From Eledone cirrhosa (taxonomy: Eukaryota): a stretch of 64,000 bases of DNA. The notes beneath the pieces are model-generated. The model made no database searches and was not told the origin of the DNA. It saw nothing but the letters and a program-made list of their open reading frames with translations. The position numbers were made by a program, and so were the translations under genes. Positions 9,666 through 24,639 of this stretch are shown in pieces. The stretch lies in assembly GCA_964016885.1 (NCBI GenBank), contig OZ024740.1, positions 14,942,001 to 15,006,000 of the forward strand, in the 5' to 3' direction. Each line of letters opens with the position of its first letter. Position 1 is the stretch's first letter.

Positions 9666-12600
9666 TCAGAGGTGTGAAATATAGGATGTTTTAAACACCT
9701 TCATGGTTATATTTCCCACTAAACAGAGGTGTGAAATATAGGATGTTTTAAACACCTTCATGTTTATATTTCCCAATAAACAGAGGTTTGAAATATAGGA
9801 TGTTTTAAACACGTTCATGGTTATATTTCCCACTAAACAGAGGTGTGAAATATAGGATGTTTTAAACACCTTCATGTTTATGTTTCCCACTAAACAGAGG
9901 TGTGAAATATAGGATGTTTTAAACACCTTCATGGTTATATTTCCCACTAAACAGAGGTGTGAAATATAGGATGTTGTAAACACCTTCATGGTTACATTTC
10001 CCACTAAACAGAGGTGTGAAATATAGGATGTTTAAAACACCTTCATGGTTATATTTCCCACTAAACAGAGGTGTGAAATATAGGATGTTTTAACACCTTC
10101 ATGGTAATATTTCCCACTAAACAGAGGTGTGAAATATAGGATGTTTTAAACACCTTCATGGTTATATTTCCCACTAAACAGAGGTGTGAAATATAGGATG
10201 TTTTAAACACCTTCATGGTTATGTTTCCCACTAAACAGAGGTGTGAAATATAGGATGTTTTAAACACCTTCATGGTTATATTTCCCACTAAACAGAGGTG
10301 TGAAATATAGGATGTTTTAAACCCCTTCATGGTTATATTTCCCACTAAACAGAGGTGTGCAATATAGGATGTTTTAAACACCTTCATGATTATATTTCCC
10401 ACTAATCAGAGGTGTGAAATATAGGATGTTGTAAACACCTTCATGTTTATATTTCCCACTACACAGAGGTGTGAAATATAGGGTGTTGTAAACACCTTCA
10501 TGATTATATTTCCCACTAAACAGAGGTGTGAAATATAGAATGTTTTAAATACATTCATGGTTATATTTGCCAATAAACAGAGGTGTGATATATAGGATGT
10601 TTTAAACACCTTCATGGTTATATTTCCCACTAAACAGAGGTGTGAAATATAGGATGTTTTAAACACCTTCATGGTTATATTTCCCACTAAACAGAGGTGT
10701 GAAATATAGGATGTTTTAAATACCTTCATGGTTATATTTCCCACTAAACAGAGTTGTGCAATATAGGATGTTTTAACCACCTTCATGGTTATATTTCCCA
10801 CTAAACAGAGGTGTGAAATATAGGATGTTTTAAACACCTTCATGGTTATATTTCCCACTAAACAGAGGTGGGAAATATAGGATGTTTTAACCACCTTCAT
10901 GGTTATATTTCCCACTAAATAGAGGTGTGAAATATAGGATGTTTTAAACACCTTCATGGTTATATTTCCCACTAAACAGAGGTAAGAAATATAGGATGTT
11001 TTAAACCCCTTCATGGTTATATTTCCCACTAAACAGAGGTGTGCAATATAGGATGTTTTAAACACCTTCATGATTATATTTCCCACTAATCAGAGGTGTG
11101 AAATATAGGATGTTGTAAACACCTTCATGGTTATATTTCCCACTACACAGAGGTGTGAAATATAGGATGTTGTAAACACCTTCATGATTATATTTCCCAC
11201 TAAACAGAGGTGTGAAATATAGGATGTTTTAAACACCTTCATGGTTATATTTCCCAATAAACAGAGGTGTGAAATATAGGATGTTGTAAACACCTTCATG
11301 GTTACATTTCCCACTAAACAGAGGTGTGAAATATAGGATGTTTAAAACACCTTCATGGTTATATTTCCTACTAAACAGAGGTGTGACATATAGGATGTTT
11401 TAACACATTCATGGTTATATTTCCCACTAAACAGAGGTGTGAAATATAGGATGTTTTACACACCTTCATGGTTATATTTCCCACTAAACAGAGGTGTGAA
11501 ATATAGGATGTTTTAAACACCTTCATGATTATATTTCCCACTAATCAGAGGTGTGAAATATAGGATGTTTTAAACACCTTCATGGTTATATTTCCCACTA
11601 AACAGAGGTGTGAAATATAGGATGTTTTAAACACCTTCATGTTTATATTTCCCAATAAACAGAGGTTTGAAATATAGGATGTTTTAAACACGTTCATGGT
11701 TATATTTCCCACTAAACAGAGGTGTGAAATATAGGATGTTTTAAACACCTTCATGTTTATGTTTCCCACTAAACAGAGGTGTGAAATATAGGATGTTTTA
11801 AACACCTTCATGGTTATATTTCCCACTAAACAGAGGTGTGAAATATAGGATGTTGTAAACACCTTCATGGTTACATTTCCCACTAAACAGAGGTGTGAAA
11901 TATAGGATGTTTAAAACACCTTCATGGTTATATTTCCCACTAAACAGAGGTGTGAAATATAGGATGTTTTACACACCTTCATGGTTATATTTCCCACTAA
12001 ACAGAGGTGTGAAATATAGGATGTTTTAAACACCTTCATGATTATATTTCCCACTAATCAGAGGTGTGAAATATAGGATGTTTTAAACACCTTCATGGTT
12101 ATATTTCCCACTAAACAGAGGTGTGAAATATAGGATGTTTTAAACACCTTCATGTTTATATTTCCCAATAAACAGAGGTTTGAAATATAGGATGTTTTAA
12201 ACACGTTCATGGTTATATTTCCCACTAAACAGAGGTGTGAAATATAGGATGTTTTAAACACCTTCATGTTTATGTTTCCCACTAAACAGAGGTGTGAAAT
12301 ATAGGATGTTTTAAACACCTTCATGGTTATATTTCCCACTAAACAGAGGTGTGAAATATAGGATGTTGTAAACACCTTCATGGTTACATTTCCCACTAAA
12401 CAGAGGTGTGAAATATAGGATGTTTAAAACACCTTCATGGTTATATTTCCCACTAAACAGAGGTGTGAAATATAGGATGTTTTAACACCTTCATGGTAAT
12501 ATTTCCCACTAAACAGAGGTGTGAAATATAGGATGTTTTAAACACCTTCATGGTTATATTTCCCACTAAACAGAGGTGTGAAATATAGGATGTTTTAAAC

Positions 12601-15528
12601 ACCTTCATGGTTATGTTTCCCACTAAACAGAGGTGTGAAATATAGGATGTTTTAAACACCTTCATGGTTATATTTCCCACTAAACAGAGGTGTGAAATAT
12701 AGGATGTTTTAAACCCCTTCATGGTTATATTTCCCACTAAACAGAGGTGTGCAATATAGGATGTTTTAAACACCTTCATGATTATATTTCCCACTAATCA
12801 GAGGTGTGAAATATAGGATGTTGTAAACACCTTCATGTTTATATTTCCCACTACACAGAGGTGTGAAATATAGGGTGTTGTAAACACCTTCATGATTATA
12901 TTTCCCACTAAACAGAGGTGTGAAATATAGAATGTTTTAAATACATTCATGGTTATATTTGCCAATAAACAGAGGTGTGATATATAGGATGTTTTAAACA
13001 CCTTCATGGTTATATTTCCCACTAAACAGAGGTGTGAAATATAGGATGTTTTAAACACCTTCATGGTTATATTTCCCACTAAACAGAGGTGTGAAATATA
13101 GGATGTTTTAAATACCTTCATGGTTATATTTCCCACTAAACAGAGTTGTGCAATATAGGATGTTTTAACCACCTTCATGGTTATATTTCCCACTAAACAG
13201 AGGTGTGAAATATAGGATGTTTTAAACACCTTCATGGTTATATTTCCCACTAAACAGAGGTGGGAAATATAGGATGTTTTAACCACCTTCATGGTTATAT
13301 TTCCCACTAAATAGAGGTGTGAAATATAGGATGTTTTAAACACCTTCATGGTTATATTTCCCACTAAACAGAGGTAAGAAATATAGGATGTTTTAAACCC
13401 CTTCATGGTTATATTTCCCACTAAACAGAGGTGTGCAATATAGGATGTTTTAAACACCTTCATGATTATATTTCCCACTAATCAGAGGTGTGAAATATAG
13501 GATGTTGTAAACACCTTCATGGTTATATTTCCCACTACACAGAGGTGTGAAATATAGGATGTTGTAAACACCTTCATGATTATATTTCCCACTAAACAGA
13601 GGTGTGAAATATAGGATGTTTTAAACACCTTCATGGTTATATTTCCCAATAAACAGAGGTGTGAAATATAGGATGTTGTAAACACCTTCATGGTTACATT
13701 TCCCACTAAACAGAGGTGTGAAATATAGGATGTTTAAAACACCTTCATGGTTATATTTCCTACTAAACAGAGGTGTGACATATAGGATGTTTTAACACAT
13801 TCATGGTTATATTTCCCACTAAACAGAGGTGTGAAATATAGGATGTTTTACACACCTTCATGGTTATATTTCCCACTAAACAGAGGTGTGAAATATAGGA
13901 TGTTTTAAACACCTTCATGATTATATTTCCCACTAATCAGAGGTGTGAAATATAGGATGTTTTAAACACCTTCATGGTTATATTTCCCACTAAACAGAGG
14001 TGTGAAATATAGGATGTTTTAAACACCTTCATGTTTATATTTCCCAATAAACAGAGGTTTGAAATATAGGATGTTTTAAACACGTTCATGGTTATATTTC
14101 CCACTAAACAGAGGTGTGAAATATAGGATGTTTTAAACACCTTCATGTTTATGTTTCCCACTAAACAGAGGTGTGAAATATAGGATGTTTTAAACACCTT
14201 CATGGTTATATTTCCCACTAAACAGAGGTGTGAAATATAGGATGTTGTAAACACCTTCATGGTTACATTTCCCACTAAACAGAGGTGTGAAATATAGGAT
14301 GTTTAAAACACCTTCATGGTTATATTTCCCACTAAACAGAGGTGTGAAATATAGGATGTTTTAACACCTTCATGGTAATATTTCCCACTAAACAGAGGTG
14401 TGAAATATAGGATGTTTTAAACACCTTCATGGTTATGTTTCCCACTAAACAGAGGTGTGAAATATAGGATGTTTTAAACACCTTCATGGTTATATTTCCC
14501 ACTAAACAGAGGTGTGAAATATAGGATGTTTTAAACCCCTTCATGGTTATATTTCCCACTAAACAGAGGTGTGCAATATAGGATGTTTTAAACACCTTCA
14601 TGATTATATTTCCCACTAATCAGAGGTGTGAAATATAGGATGTTGTAAACACCTTCATGTTTATATTTCCCACTACACAGAGGTGTGAAATATAGGGTGT
14701 TGTAAACACCTTCATGATTATATTTCCCACTAAACAGAGGTGTGAAATATAGAATGTTTTAAATACATTCATGGTTATATTTGCCAATAAACAGAGGTGT
14801 GATATATAGGATGTTTTAAACACCTTCATGGTTATATTTCCCACTAAACAGAGGTGTGAAATATAGGATGTTTTAAACACCTTCATGGTTATATTTCCCA
14901 CTAAACAGAGGTGTGAAATATAGGATGTTTTAAATACCTTCATGGTTATATTTCCCACTAAACAGAGTTGTGCAATATAGGATGTTTTAACCACCTTCAT
15001 GGTTATATTTCCCACTAAACAGAGGTGTGAAATATAGGATATTTTAAACACCTTCATGGTTATATTTCCCACTAAACAGAGGTGGGAAATATAGGATGTT
15101 TTAACCACCTTCATGGTTATATTTCCCACTAAATAGAGGTGTGAAATATAGGATGTTTTAAACACCTTCATGGTTATATTTCCCACTAAACAGAGGTAAG
15201 AAATATAGGATGTTTTAAACCCCTTCATGGTTATATTTCCCACTAAACAGAGGTGTGCAATATAGGATGTTTTAAACACCTTCATGATTATATTTCCCAC
15301 TAATCAGAGGTGTGAAATATAGGATGTTGTAAACACCTTCATGGTTATATTTCCCACTACACAGAGGTGTGAAATATAGGATGTTGTAAACACCTTCATG
15401 ATTATATTTCCCACTAAACAGAGGTGTGAAATATAGGATGTTTTAAACACCTTCATGGTTATATTTCCCAATAAACAGAGGTGTGAAATATAGGATGTTG
15501 TAAACACCTTCATGGTTACATTTCCCAC
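9666..15528. repeat. Higher-order repeat of 1879 bp (33 monomers), with a 513-bp (9-monomer) extra block giving a 2392-bp period
   Basis: Matching ORF-track peptides start at 9666, 11545, 12058 and 13937. Further pairs 10061/12453, 10406/12798 and 11090/13482 are each offset by 2392. Confidence 0.85.
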
Positions 15529-18321
15529 TAAACAGAGGTGTGAAATATAGGATGTTTAAAACACCTTCATGGTTATATTTCCTACTAAACAGAGGTGTGA
15601 CATATAGGATGTTTTAACACATTCATGGTTATATTTCCCACTAAACAGAGGTGTGAAATATAGGATGTTTTACACACCTTCATGGTTATATTTCCCACTA
15701 AACAGAGGTGTGAAATATAGGATGTTTTAAACAGCTTCATGGCTATATTTCCCACTAAACAGAGGTGAGGAATATAGGATGTTTTAAACCCCTTCATGGT
15801 TATATTTCACACTAAACAGAGGTGTGGAATATAGGATGCTTTAAACATCTTCATGTTTATAATTCCCACTAAACAGAGGTGTGAAATATAGGATGCTTTA
15901 AACACCTTCATGGTTATATTTCCCACTAAACAGAGGTGGGAAATATAGGATGTTTTAACCACCTTCATGGTTATATTTCCCACTAAATAGAGGTGTGAAA
16001 TATAGGATGTTTTAAACACCTTCATGGTTATATTTCCCACTAAACAGAGGTAAGAAATATAGGATGTTTTAAACCCCTTCATGGTTATATTTCCCACTAA
16101 ACAGAGGTGTGCAATATAGGATGTTTTAAACACCTTCATGATTATATTTCCCACTAATCAGAGGTGTGAAATATAGGATGTTGTAAACACCTTCATGGTT
16201 ATATTTCCCACTACACAGAGGTGTGAAATATAGGATGTTTTAAACACCTTCATGTTTATATTTCCTACTAAACAGAGGTGTGAAATATAGAATGTTTTAA
16301 ATACCTTCATGGTTATATTTCCCAATAAACAGAGGTGTGAAATATAGGATGGTTTAAACACCTTCATGGTTATATTTCCCACTAAACAGAGGTGTGAAAT
16401 ATAGGATGTTTTAAACACCTTCATGGCTATATTTCCCACTAAACAGAGGTGTGAAATATAGGATTTTTAAACACCTTCATGGTTATATTTCCCACTAAAC
16501 AGAGGTGTGAAATATAGGATGTTTTAAACCCCTTCATGGTTATATTTCCCACTAAACAGAGGTGTGCAATATAGGATGTTTTAAACACCTTCATGATTAT
16601 ATTTCCCACTAATCAGAGGTGTGAAATATAGGATGTTTTAAACACCTTCATGGCTATATTTCCCACTAAACAGAGGTGTGAAATATAGGATGTTTTAAAC
16701 ACCTTCATGGTTATATTTCCCACTAAACTGAGGTGTGAAATATCGGATGTTTTAAACACCTTCATGGTTAAATTTCCCAATAAACAGAGGTGTGAAATAT
16801 AGGATGTTTTAAACACCTTCATGGCTATATTTCCGACTAAACAGAGGTGTGGAATATAGGATGTTTTAAACCCCTTCATGGTTATATTTCACACTAAACA
16901 GAGGTGTGGAATATAGGATGTTTAAAACACCTTCATGGTTATATTTCCCACTAAACAGAGGTGTGAAATATAGAATGTTTTAAATACCTTCATGGTTATA
17001 TTTCCCAATAAACAGAGGTGTGAAATATAGGATGTTTAAAACACCTTCATGGTTATATTTCCTACTAAACAGAGGTGTGAAATATAGGATGTTGTAAACA
17101 CCTTCATGGTTATATTTCCCACTACACAGAGGTGTGAAATATAGGGTGTTGTAAACACCTTCATGGTTATATTTCCCACTAAACTGAGGTGTGAAATATA
17201 GAATGTTTTAAATACATTCATGGTTATATTTCCCAATAAACAGAGGTGTGAAATATAGGATGTTTTAAACCCCTTCATGGTTATATTTCACACTAAACAG
17301 AGGTGTGGAATATAGGATTTTTAAAACACCTTCATGGTTATATTTCCCACTAAACAGAGGTGTGAAATATAGAATGTTTTAAACACCTTCATGGTTATAT
17401 TTCCCAATAAACAGAGGTGTGAAATATAGGATGTTTTAAACACCTTCATGGTTATATTTCCCACTAAACAGAGGTGTGAAATATAGGATGTTTTAAACAC
17501 CTTCATGGTTATATTTCCCACTAAACAGAGGTGTGAAATATAGGATGTTTTAAACACCTTCATGGTTATATTTCCCACTAAACTGAGGTGTGAAATATCG
17601 GATGTTTTAAACACCTTCATGGTTATATTTCCCACTAAACAGAGGTGTGAAATATAGGATGTTTTAAACATCTTCATGGTTATATTTCCCACTAAACAGA
17701 GGTGTGAAATATAGGATGTTGTAAACACCTTCATGGTTACATTTCCCACTAAACAGAGGTGTGAAATATAGGATGTTTAAAACACCTTCATGGTTATATT
17801 TCCCACTAAACAGAGGTGTGAAATATAGGATGTTTTAACACCTTCATGGTTATATTTCCCACTAAACAGAGGTGTGAAATATAGGATGTTTTAAACACCT
17901 TCATGGTTATATTTCCCACTAAACAGAGGTGTGAAATATAGAATGTTTTAAATACCTTCATGGTTATATTTCCCAATAAATAGAGGTGTGAAATATCGGA
18001 TGTTTTAAACACCTTCATGGTTATATTTCACACTAAACAGAGGTGTGGAATATAGGATGATTTAAACACCTTCATGGTTATATTTTCCACTAAACAGAGG
18101 TGTGAAATATAGGATGCTTTAAACACCTTCATGGTTATATTTCCCACTAAACAGAGGTGTGAAATATAGGATGTTTTAAACACCTTCATGGTTATATTTC
18201 CCACTAAACTGAGGTGTGAAATATAGGATGTTTTAAACCCCTTCATGTTTATATTTCCCACTAAACAGAGGTGTGCAATATAGGATGTTTTAAACACCTT
18301 CATGATTATATTTCCCACTAA

Positions 18322-21300
18322 TCAGAGGTGTGAAATATAGGATGTTTTAAACACCTTCATGGTTATATTTCCCACTAAACAGAGGTGTGAAATATAGGAT
18401 ATTTTAAACACCTTCATGTTTATATTTCCCAATAAACAGAGGTTTGAAATATAGGATGTTTTAAACACGTTCATGGTTATATTTCCCACTAAACAGAGGT
18501 GTGAAATATAGGATGTTTTAAACACCTTCATGTTTATGTTTCCCACTAAACAGAGGTGTGAAATATAGGATGTTTTAAACACCTTCATGGTTATATTTCC
18601 CACTAAACAGAGGTGTGAAATATAGGATGTTGTAAACACCTTCATGGTTACATTTCCCACTAAACAGAGGTGTGAAATATAGGATGTTTAAAACACCTTC
18701 ATGGTTATATTTCCCACTAAACAGAGGTGTGAAATATAGGATGTTTTAACACCTTCATGGTAATATTTCCCACTAAACAGAGGTGTGAAATATAGGATGT
18801 TTTAAACACCTTCATGGTTATATTTCCCACTAAACAGAGGTGTGAAATATAGGATGTTTTAAACACCTTCATGGTTATGTTTCCCACTAAACAGAGGTGT
18901 GAAATATAGGATGTTTTAAACACCTTCATGGTTATATTTCCCACTAAACAGAGGTGTGAAATATAGGATGTTTTAAACCCCTTCATGGTTATATTTCCCA
19001 CTAAACAGAGGTGTGCAATATAGGATGTTTTAAACACCTTCATGATTATATTTCCCACTAATCAGAGGTGTGAAATATAGGATGTTGTAAACACCTTCAT
19101 GTTTATATTTCCCACTACACAGAGGTGTGAAATATAGGGTGTTGTAAACACCTTCATGATTATATTTCCCACTAAACAGAGGTGTGAAATATAGAATGTT
19201 TTAAATACATTCATGGTTATATTTGCCAATAAACAGAGGTGTGATATATAGGATGTTTTAAACACCTTCATGGTTATATTTCCCACTAAACAGAGGTGTG
19301 AAATATAGGATGTTTTAAACACCTTCATGGTTATATTTCCCACTAAACAGAGGTGTGAAATATAGGATGTTTTAAATACCTTCATGGTTATATTTCCCAC
19401 TAAACAGAGTTGTGCAATATAGGATGTTTTAACCACCTTCATGGTTATATTTCCCACTAAACAGAGGTGTGAAATATAGGATGTTTTAAACACCTTCATG
19501 GTTATATTTCCCACTAAACAGAGGTGGGAAATATAGGATGTTTTAACCACCTTCATGGTTATATTTCCCACTAAATAGAGGTGTGAAATATAGGATGTTT
19601 TAAACACCTTCATGGTTATATTTCCCACTAAACAGAGGTAAGAAATATAGGATGTTTTAAACCCCTTCATGGTTATATTTCCCACTAAACAGAGGTGTGC
19701 AATATAGGATGTTTTAAACACCTTCATGATTATATTTCCCACTAATCAGAGGTGTGAAATATAGGATGTTGTAAACACCTTCATGGTTATATTTCCCACT
19801 ACACAGAGGTGTGAAATATAGGATGTTGTAAACACCTTCATGATTATATTTCCCACTAAACAGAGGTGTGAAATATAGGATGTTTTAAACACCTTCATGG
19901 TTATATTTCCCAATAAACAGAGGTGTGAAATATAGGATGTTGTAAACACCTTCATGGTTACATTTCCCACTAAACAGAGGTGTGAAATATAGGATGTTTA
20001 AAACACCTTCATGGTTATATTTCCTACTAAACAGAGGTGTGACATATAGGATGTTTTAACACATTCATGGTTATATTTCCCACTAAACAGAGGTGTGAAA
20101 TATAGGATGTTTTACACACCTTCATGGTTATATTTCCCACTAAACAGAGGTGTGAAATATAGGATGTTTTAAACACCTTCATGATTATATTTCCCACTAA
20201 TCAGAGGTGTGAAATATAGGATGTTTTAAACACCTTCATGGTTATATTTCCCACTAAACAGAGGTGTGAAATATAGGATGTTTTAAACACCTTCATGTTT
20301 ATATTTCCCAATAAACAGAGGTTTGAAATATAGGATGTTTTAAACACGTTCATGGTTATATTTCCCACTAAACAGAGGTGTGAAATATAGGATGTTTTAA
20401 ACACCTTCATGTTTATGTTTCCCACTAAACAGAGGTGTGAAATATAGGATGTTTTAAACACCTTCATGGTTATATTTCCCACTAAACAGAGGTGTGAAAT
20501 ATAGGATGTTGTAAACACCTTCATGGTTACATTTCCCACTAAACAGAGGTGTGAAATATAGGATGTTTAAAACACCTTCATGGTTATATTTCCCACTAAA
20601 CAGAGGTGTGAAATATAGGATGTTTTAACACCTTCATGGTAATATTTCCCACTAAACAGAGGTGTGAAATATAGGATGTTTTAAACACCTTCATGGTTAT
20701 ATTTCCCACTAAACAGAGGTGTGAAATATAGGATGTTTTAAACACCTTCATGGTTATGTTTCCCACTAAACAGAGGTGTGAAATATAGGATGTTTTAAAC
20801 ACCTTCATGGTTATATTTCCCACTAAACAGAGGTGTGAAATATAGGATGTTTTAAACCCCTTCATGGTTATATTTCCCACTAAACAGAGGTGTGCAATAT
20901 AGGATGTTTTAAACACCTTCATGATTATATTTCCCACTAATCAGAGGTGTGAAATATAGGATGTTGTAAACACCTTCATGTTTATATTTCCCACTACACA
21001 GAGGTGTGAAATATAGGGTGTTGTAAACACCTTCATGATTATATTTCCCACTAAACAGAGGTGTGAAATATAGAATGTTTTAAATACATTCATGGTTATA
21101 TTTGCCAATAAACAGAGGTGTGATATATAGGATGTTTTAAACACCTTCATGGTTATATTTCCCACTAAACAGAGGTGTGAAATATAGGATGTTTTAAACA
21201 CCTTCATGGTTATATTTCCCACTAAACAGAGGTGTGAAATATAGGATGTTTTAAATACCTTCATGGTTATATTTCCCACTAAACAGAGTTGTGCAATATA

Positions 21301-24300
21301 GGATGTTTTAACCACCTTCATGGTTATATTTCCCACTAAACAGAGGTGTGAAATATAGGATATTTTAAACACCTTCATGGTTATATTTCCCACTAAACAG
21401 AGGTGGGAAATATAGGATGTTTTAACCACCTTCATGGTTATATTTCCCACTAAATAGAGGTGTGAAATATAGGATGTTTTAAACACCTTCATGGTTATAT
21501 TTCCCACTAAACAGAGGTAAGAAATATAGGATGTTTTAAACCCCTTCATGGTTATATTTCCCACTAAACAGAGGTGTGCAATATAGGATGTTTTAAACAC
21601 CTTCATGATTATATTTCCCACTAATCAGAGGTGTGAAATATAGGATGTTGTAAACACCTTCATGGTTATATTTCCCACTACACAGAGGTGTGAAATATAG
21701 GATGTTGTAAACACCTTCATGATTATATTTCCCACTAAACAGAGGTGTGAAATATAGGATGTTTTAAACACCTTCATGGTTATATTTCCCAATAAACAGA
21801 GGTGTGAAATATAGGATGTTGTAAACACCTTCATGGTTACATTTCCCACTAAACAGAGGTGTGAAATATAGGATGTTTAAAACACCTTCATGGTTATATT
21901 TCCTACTAAACAGAGGTGTGACATATAGGATGTTTTAACACATTCATGGTTATATTTCCCACTAAACAGAGGTGTGAAATATAGGATGTTTTACACACCT
22001 TCATGGTTATATTTCCCACTAAACAGAGGTGTGAAATATAGGATGTTTTAAACAGCTTCATGGCTATATTTCCCACTAAACAGAGGTGAGGAATATAGGA
22101 TGTTTTAAACCCCTTCATGGTTATATTTCACACTAAACAGAGGTGTGGAATATAGGATGCTTTAAACATCTTCATGTTTATAATTCCCACTAAACAGAGG
22201 TGTGAAATATAGGATGCTTTAAACACCTTCTTGGTTATATTTCCCACTAAACAGAGGTGTGAAATATAGGATGTTTTAAACACCTTCATGGTTATATTAC
22301 CCCCTAAACAGAGGTGTGCAATATAGGATGTTTTAAACACCTTCATGGTTATATTTCTCACTAAACAGAGGTGTGAAATATAGGATGTTTTACACACCTT
22401 CATGGTTATATTTCCCACTAAACAGAGGTGTGAAATATAGGATGTTTTAAACACCTTCATGATTATATTTCCCACTAATCAGAGGTGTGAAATATAGGAT
22501 GTTTTAAACACCTTCATGGTTATATTTCCCACTAAACAGAGGTGTGAAATATAGGATGTTTTAAACACCTTCATGTTTATATTTCCCAATAAACAGAGGT
22601 TTGAAATATAGGATGTTTTAAACACGTTCATGGTTATATTTCCCACTAAACAGAGGTGTGAAATATAGGATGTTTTAAACACCTTCATGTTTATGTTTCC
22701 CACTAAACAGAGGTGTGAAATATAGGATGTTTTAAACACCTTCATGGTTATATTTCCCACTAAACAGAGGTGTGAAATATAGGATGTTGTAAACACCTTC
22801 ATGGTTACATTTCCCACTAAACAGAGGTGTGAAATATAGGATGTTTAAAACACCTTCATGGTTATATTTCCCACTAAACAGAGGTGTGAAATATAGGATG
22901 TTTTAACACCTTCATGGTAATATTTCCCACTAAACAGAGGTGTGAAATATAGGATGTTTTAAACACCTTCATGGTTATATTTCCCACTAAACAGAGGTGT
23001 GAAATATAGGATGTTTTAAACACCTTCATGGTTATGTTTCCCACTAAACAGAGGTGTGAAATATAGGATGTTTTAAACACCTTCATGGTTATATTTCCCA
23101 CTAAACAGAGGTGTGAAATATAGGATGTTTTAAACCCCTTCATGGTTATATTTCCCACTAAACAGAGGTGTGCAATATAGGATGTTTTAAACACCTTCAT
23201 GATTATATTTCCCACTAATCAGAGGTGTGAAATATAGGATGTTGTAAACACCTTCATGTTTATATTTCCCACTACACAGAGGTGTGAAATATAGGGTGTT
23301 GTAAACACCTTCATGATTATATTTCCCACTAAACAGAGGTGTGAAATATAGAATGTTTTAAATACATTCATGGTTATATTTGCCAATAAACAGAGGTGTG
23401 ATATATAGGATGTTTTAAACACCTTCATGGTTATATTTCCCACTAAACAGAGGTGTGAAATATAGGATGTTTTAAACACCTTCATGGTTATATTTCCCAC
23501 TAAACAGAGGTGTGAAATATAGGATGTTTTAAATACCTTCATGGTTATATTTCCCACTAAACAGAGTTGTGCAATATAGGATGTTTTAACCACCTTCATG
23601 GTTATATTTCCCACTAAACAGAGGTGTGAAATATAGGATATTTTAAACACCTTCATGGTTATATTTCCCACTAAACAGAGGTGGGAAATATAGGATGTTT
23701 TAACCACCTTCATGGTTATATTTCCCACTAAATAGAGGTGTGAAATATAGGATGTTTTAAACACCTTCATGGTTATATTTCCCACTAAACAGAGGTAAGA
23801 AATATAGGATGTTTTAAACCCCTTCATGGTTATATTTCCCACTAAACAGAGGTGTGCAATATAGGATGTTTTAAACACCTTCATGATTATATTTCCCACT
23901 AATCAGAGGTGTGAAATATAGGATGTTGTAAACACCTTCATGGTTATATTTCCCACTACACAGAGGTGTGAAATATAGGATGTTGTAAACACCTTCATGA
24001 TTATATTTCCCACTAAACAGAGGTGTGAAATATAGGATGTTTTAAACACCTTCATGGTTATATTTCCCAATAAACAGAGGTGTGAAATATAGGATGTTGT
24101 AAACACCTTCATGGTTACATTTCCCACTAAACAGAGGTGTGAAATATAGGATGTTTAAAACACCTTCATGGTTATATTTCCTACTAAACAGAGGTGTGAC
24201 ATATAGGATGTTTTAACACATTCATGGTTATATTTCCCACTAAACAGAGGTGTGAAATATAGGATGTTTTACACACCTTCATGGTTATATTTCCCACTAA

Positions 24301-24639
24301 ACAGAGGTGTGAAATATAGGATGTTTTAAACAGCTTCATGGCTATATTTCCCACTAAACAGAGGTGAGGAATATAGGATGTTTTAAACCCCTTCATGGTT
24401 ATATTTCACACTAAACAGAGGTGTGGAATATAGGATGCTTTAAACATCTTCATGTTTATAATTCCCACTAAACAGAGGTGTGAAATATAGGATGCTTTAA
24501 ACACCTTCTTGGTTATATTTCCCACTAAACAGAGGTGTGAAATATAGGATGTTTTAAACACCTTCATGGTTATATTACCCCCTAAACAGAGGTGTGCAAT
24601 ATAGGATGTTTTAAACACCTTCATGGTTATATTTCTCAC
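18322..24639. repeat. Higher-order repeats of 1879 bp (33-mer) and 2278 bp (40-mer)
   Basis: ORF offsets 18322→20201 (1879). Offsets 20201→22479, 20596→22874, 20941→23219, 21625→23903 and 21906→24184 are all 2278. Confidence 0.85.
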
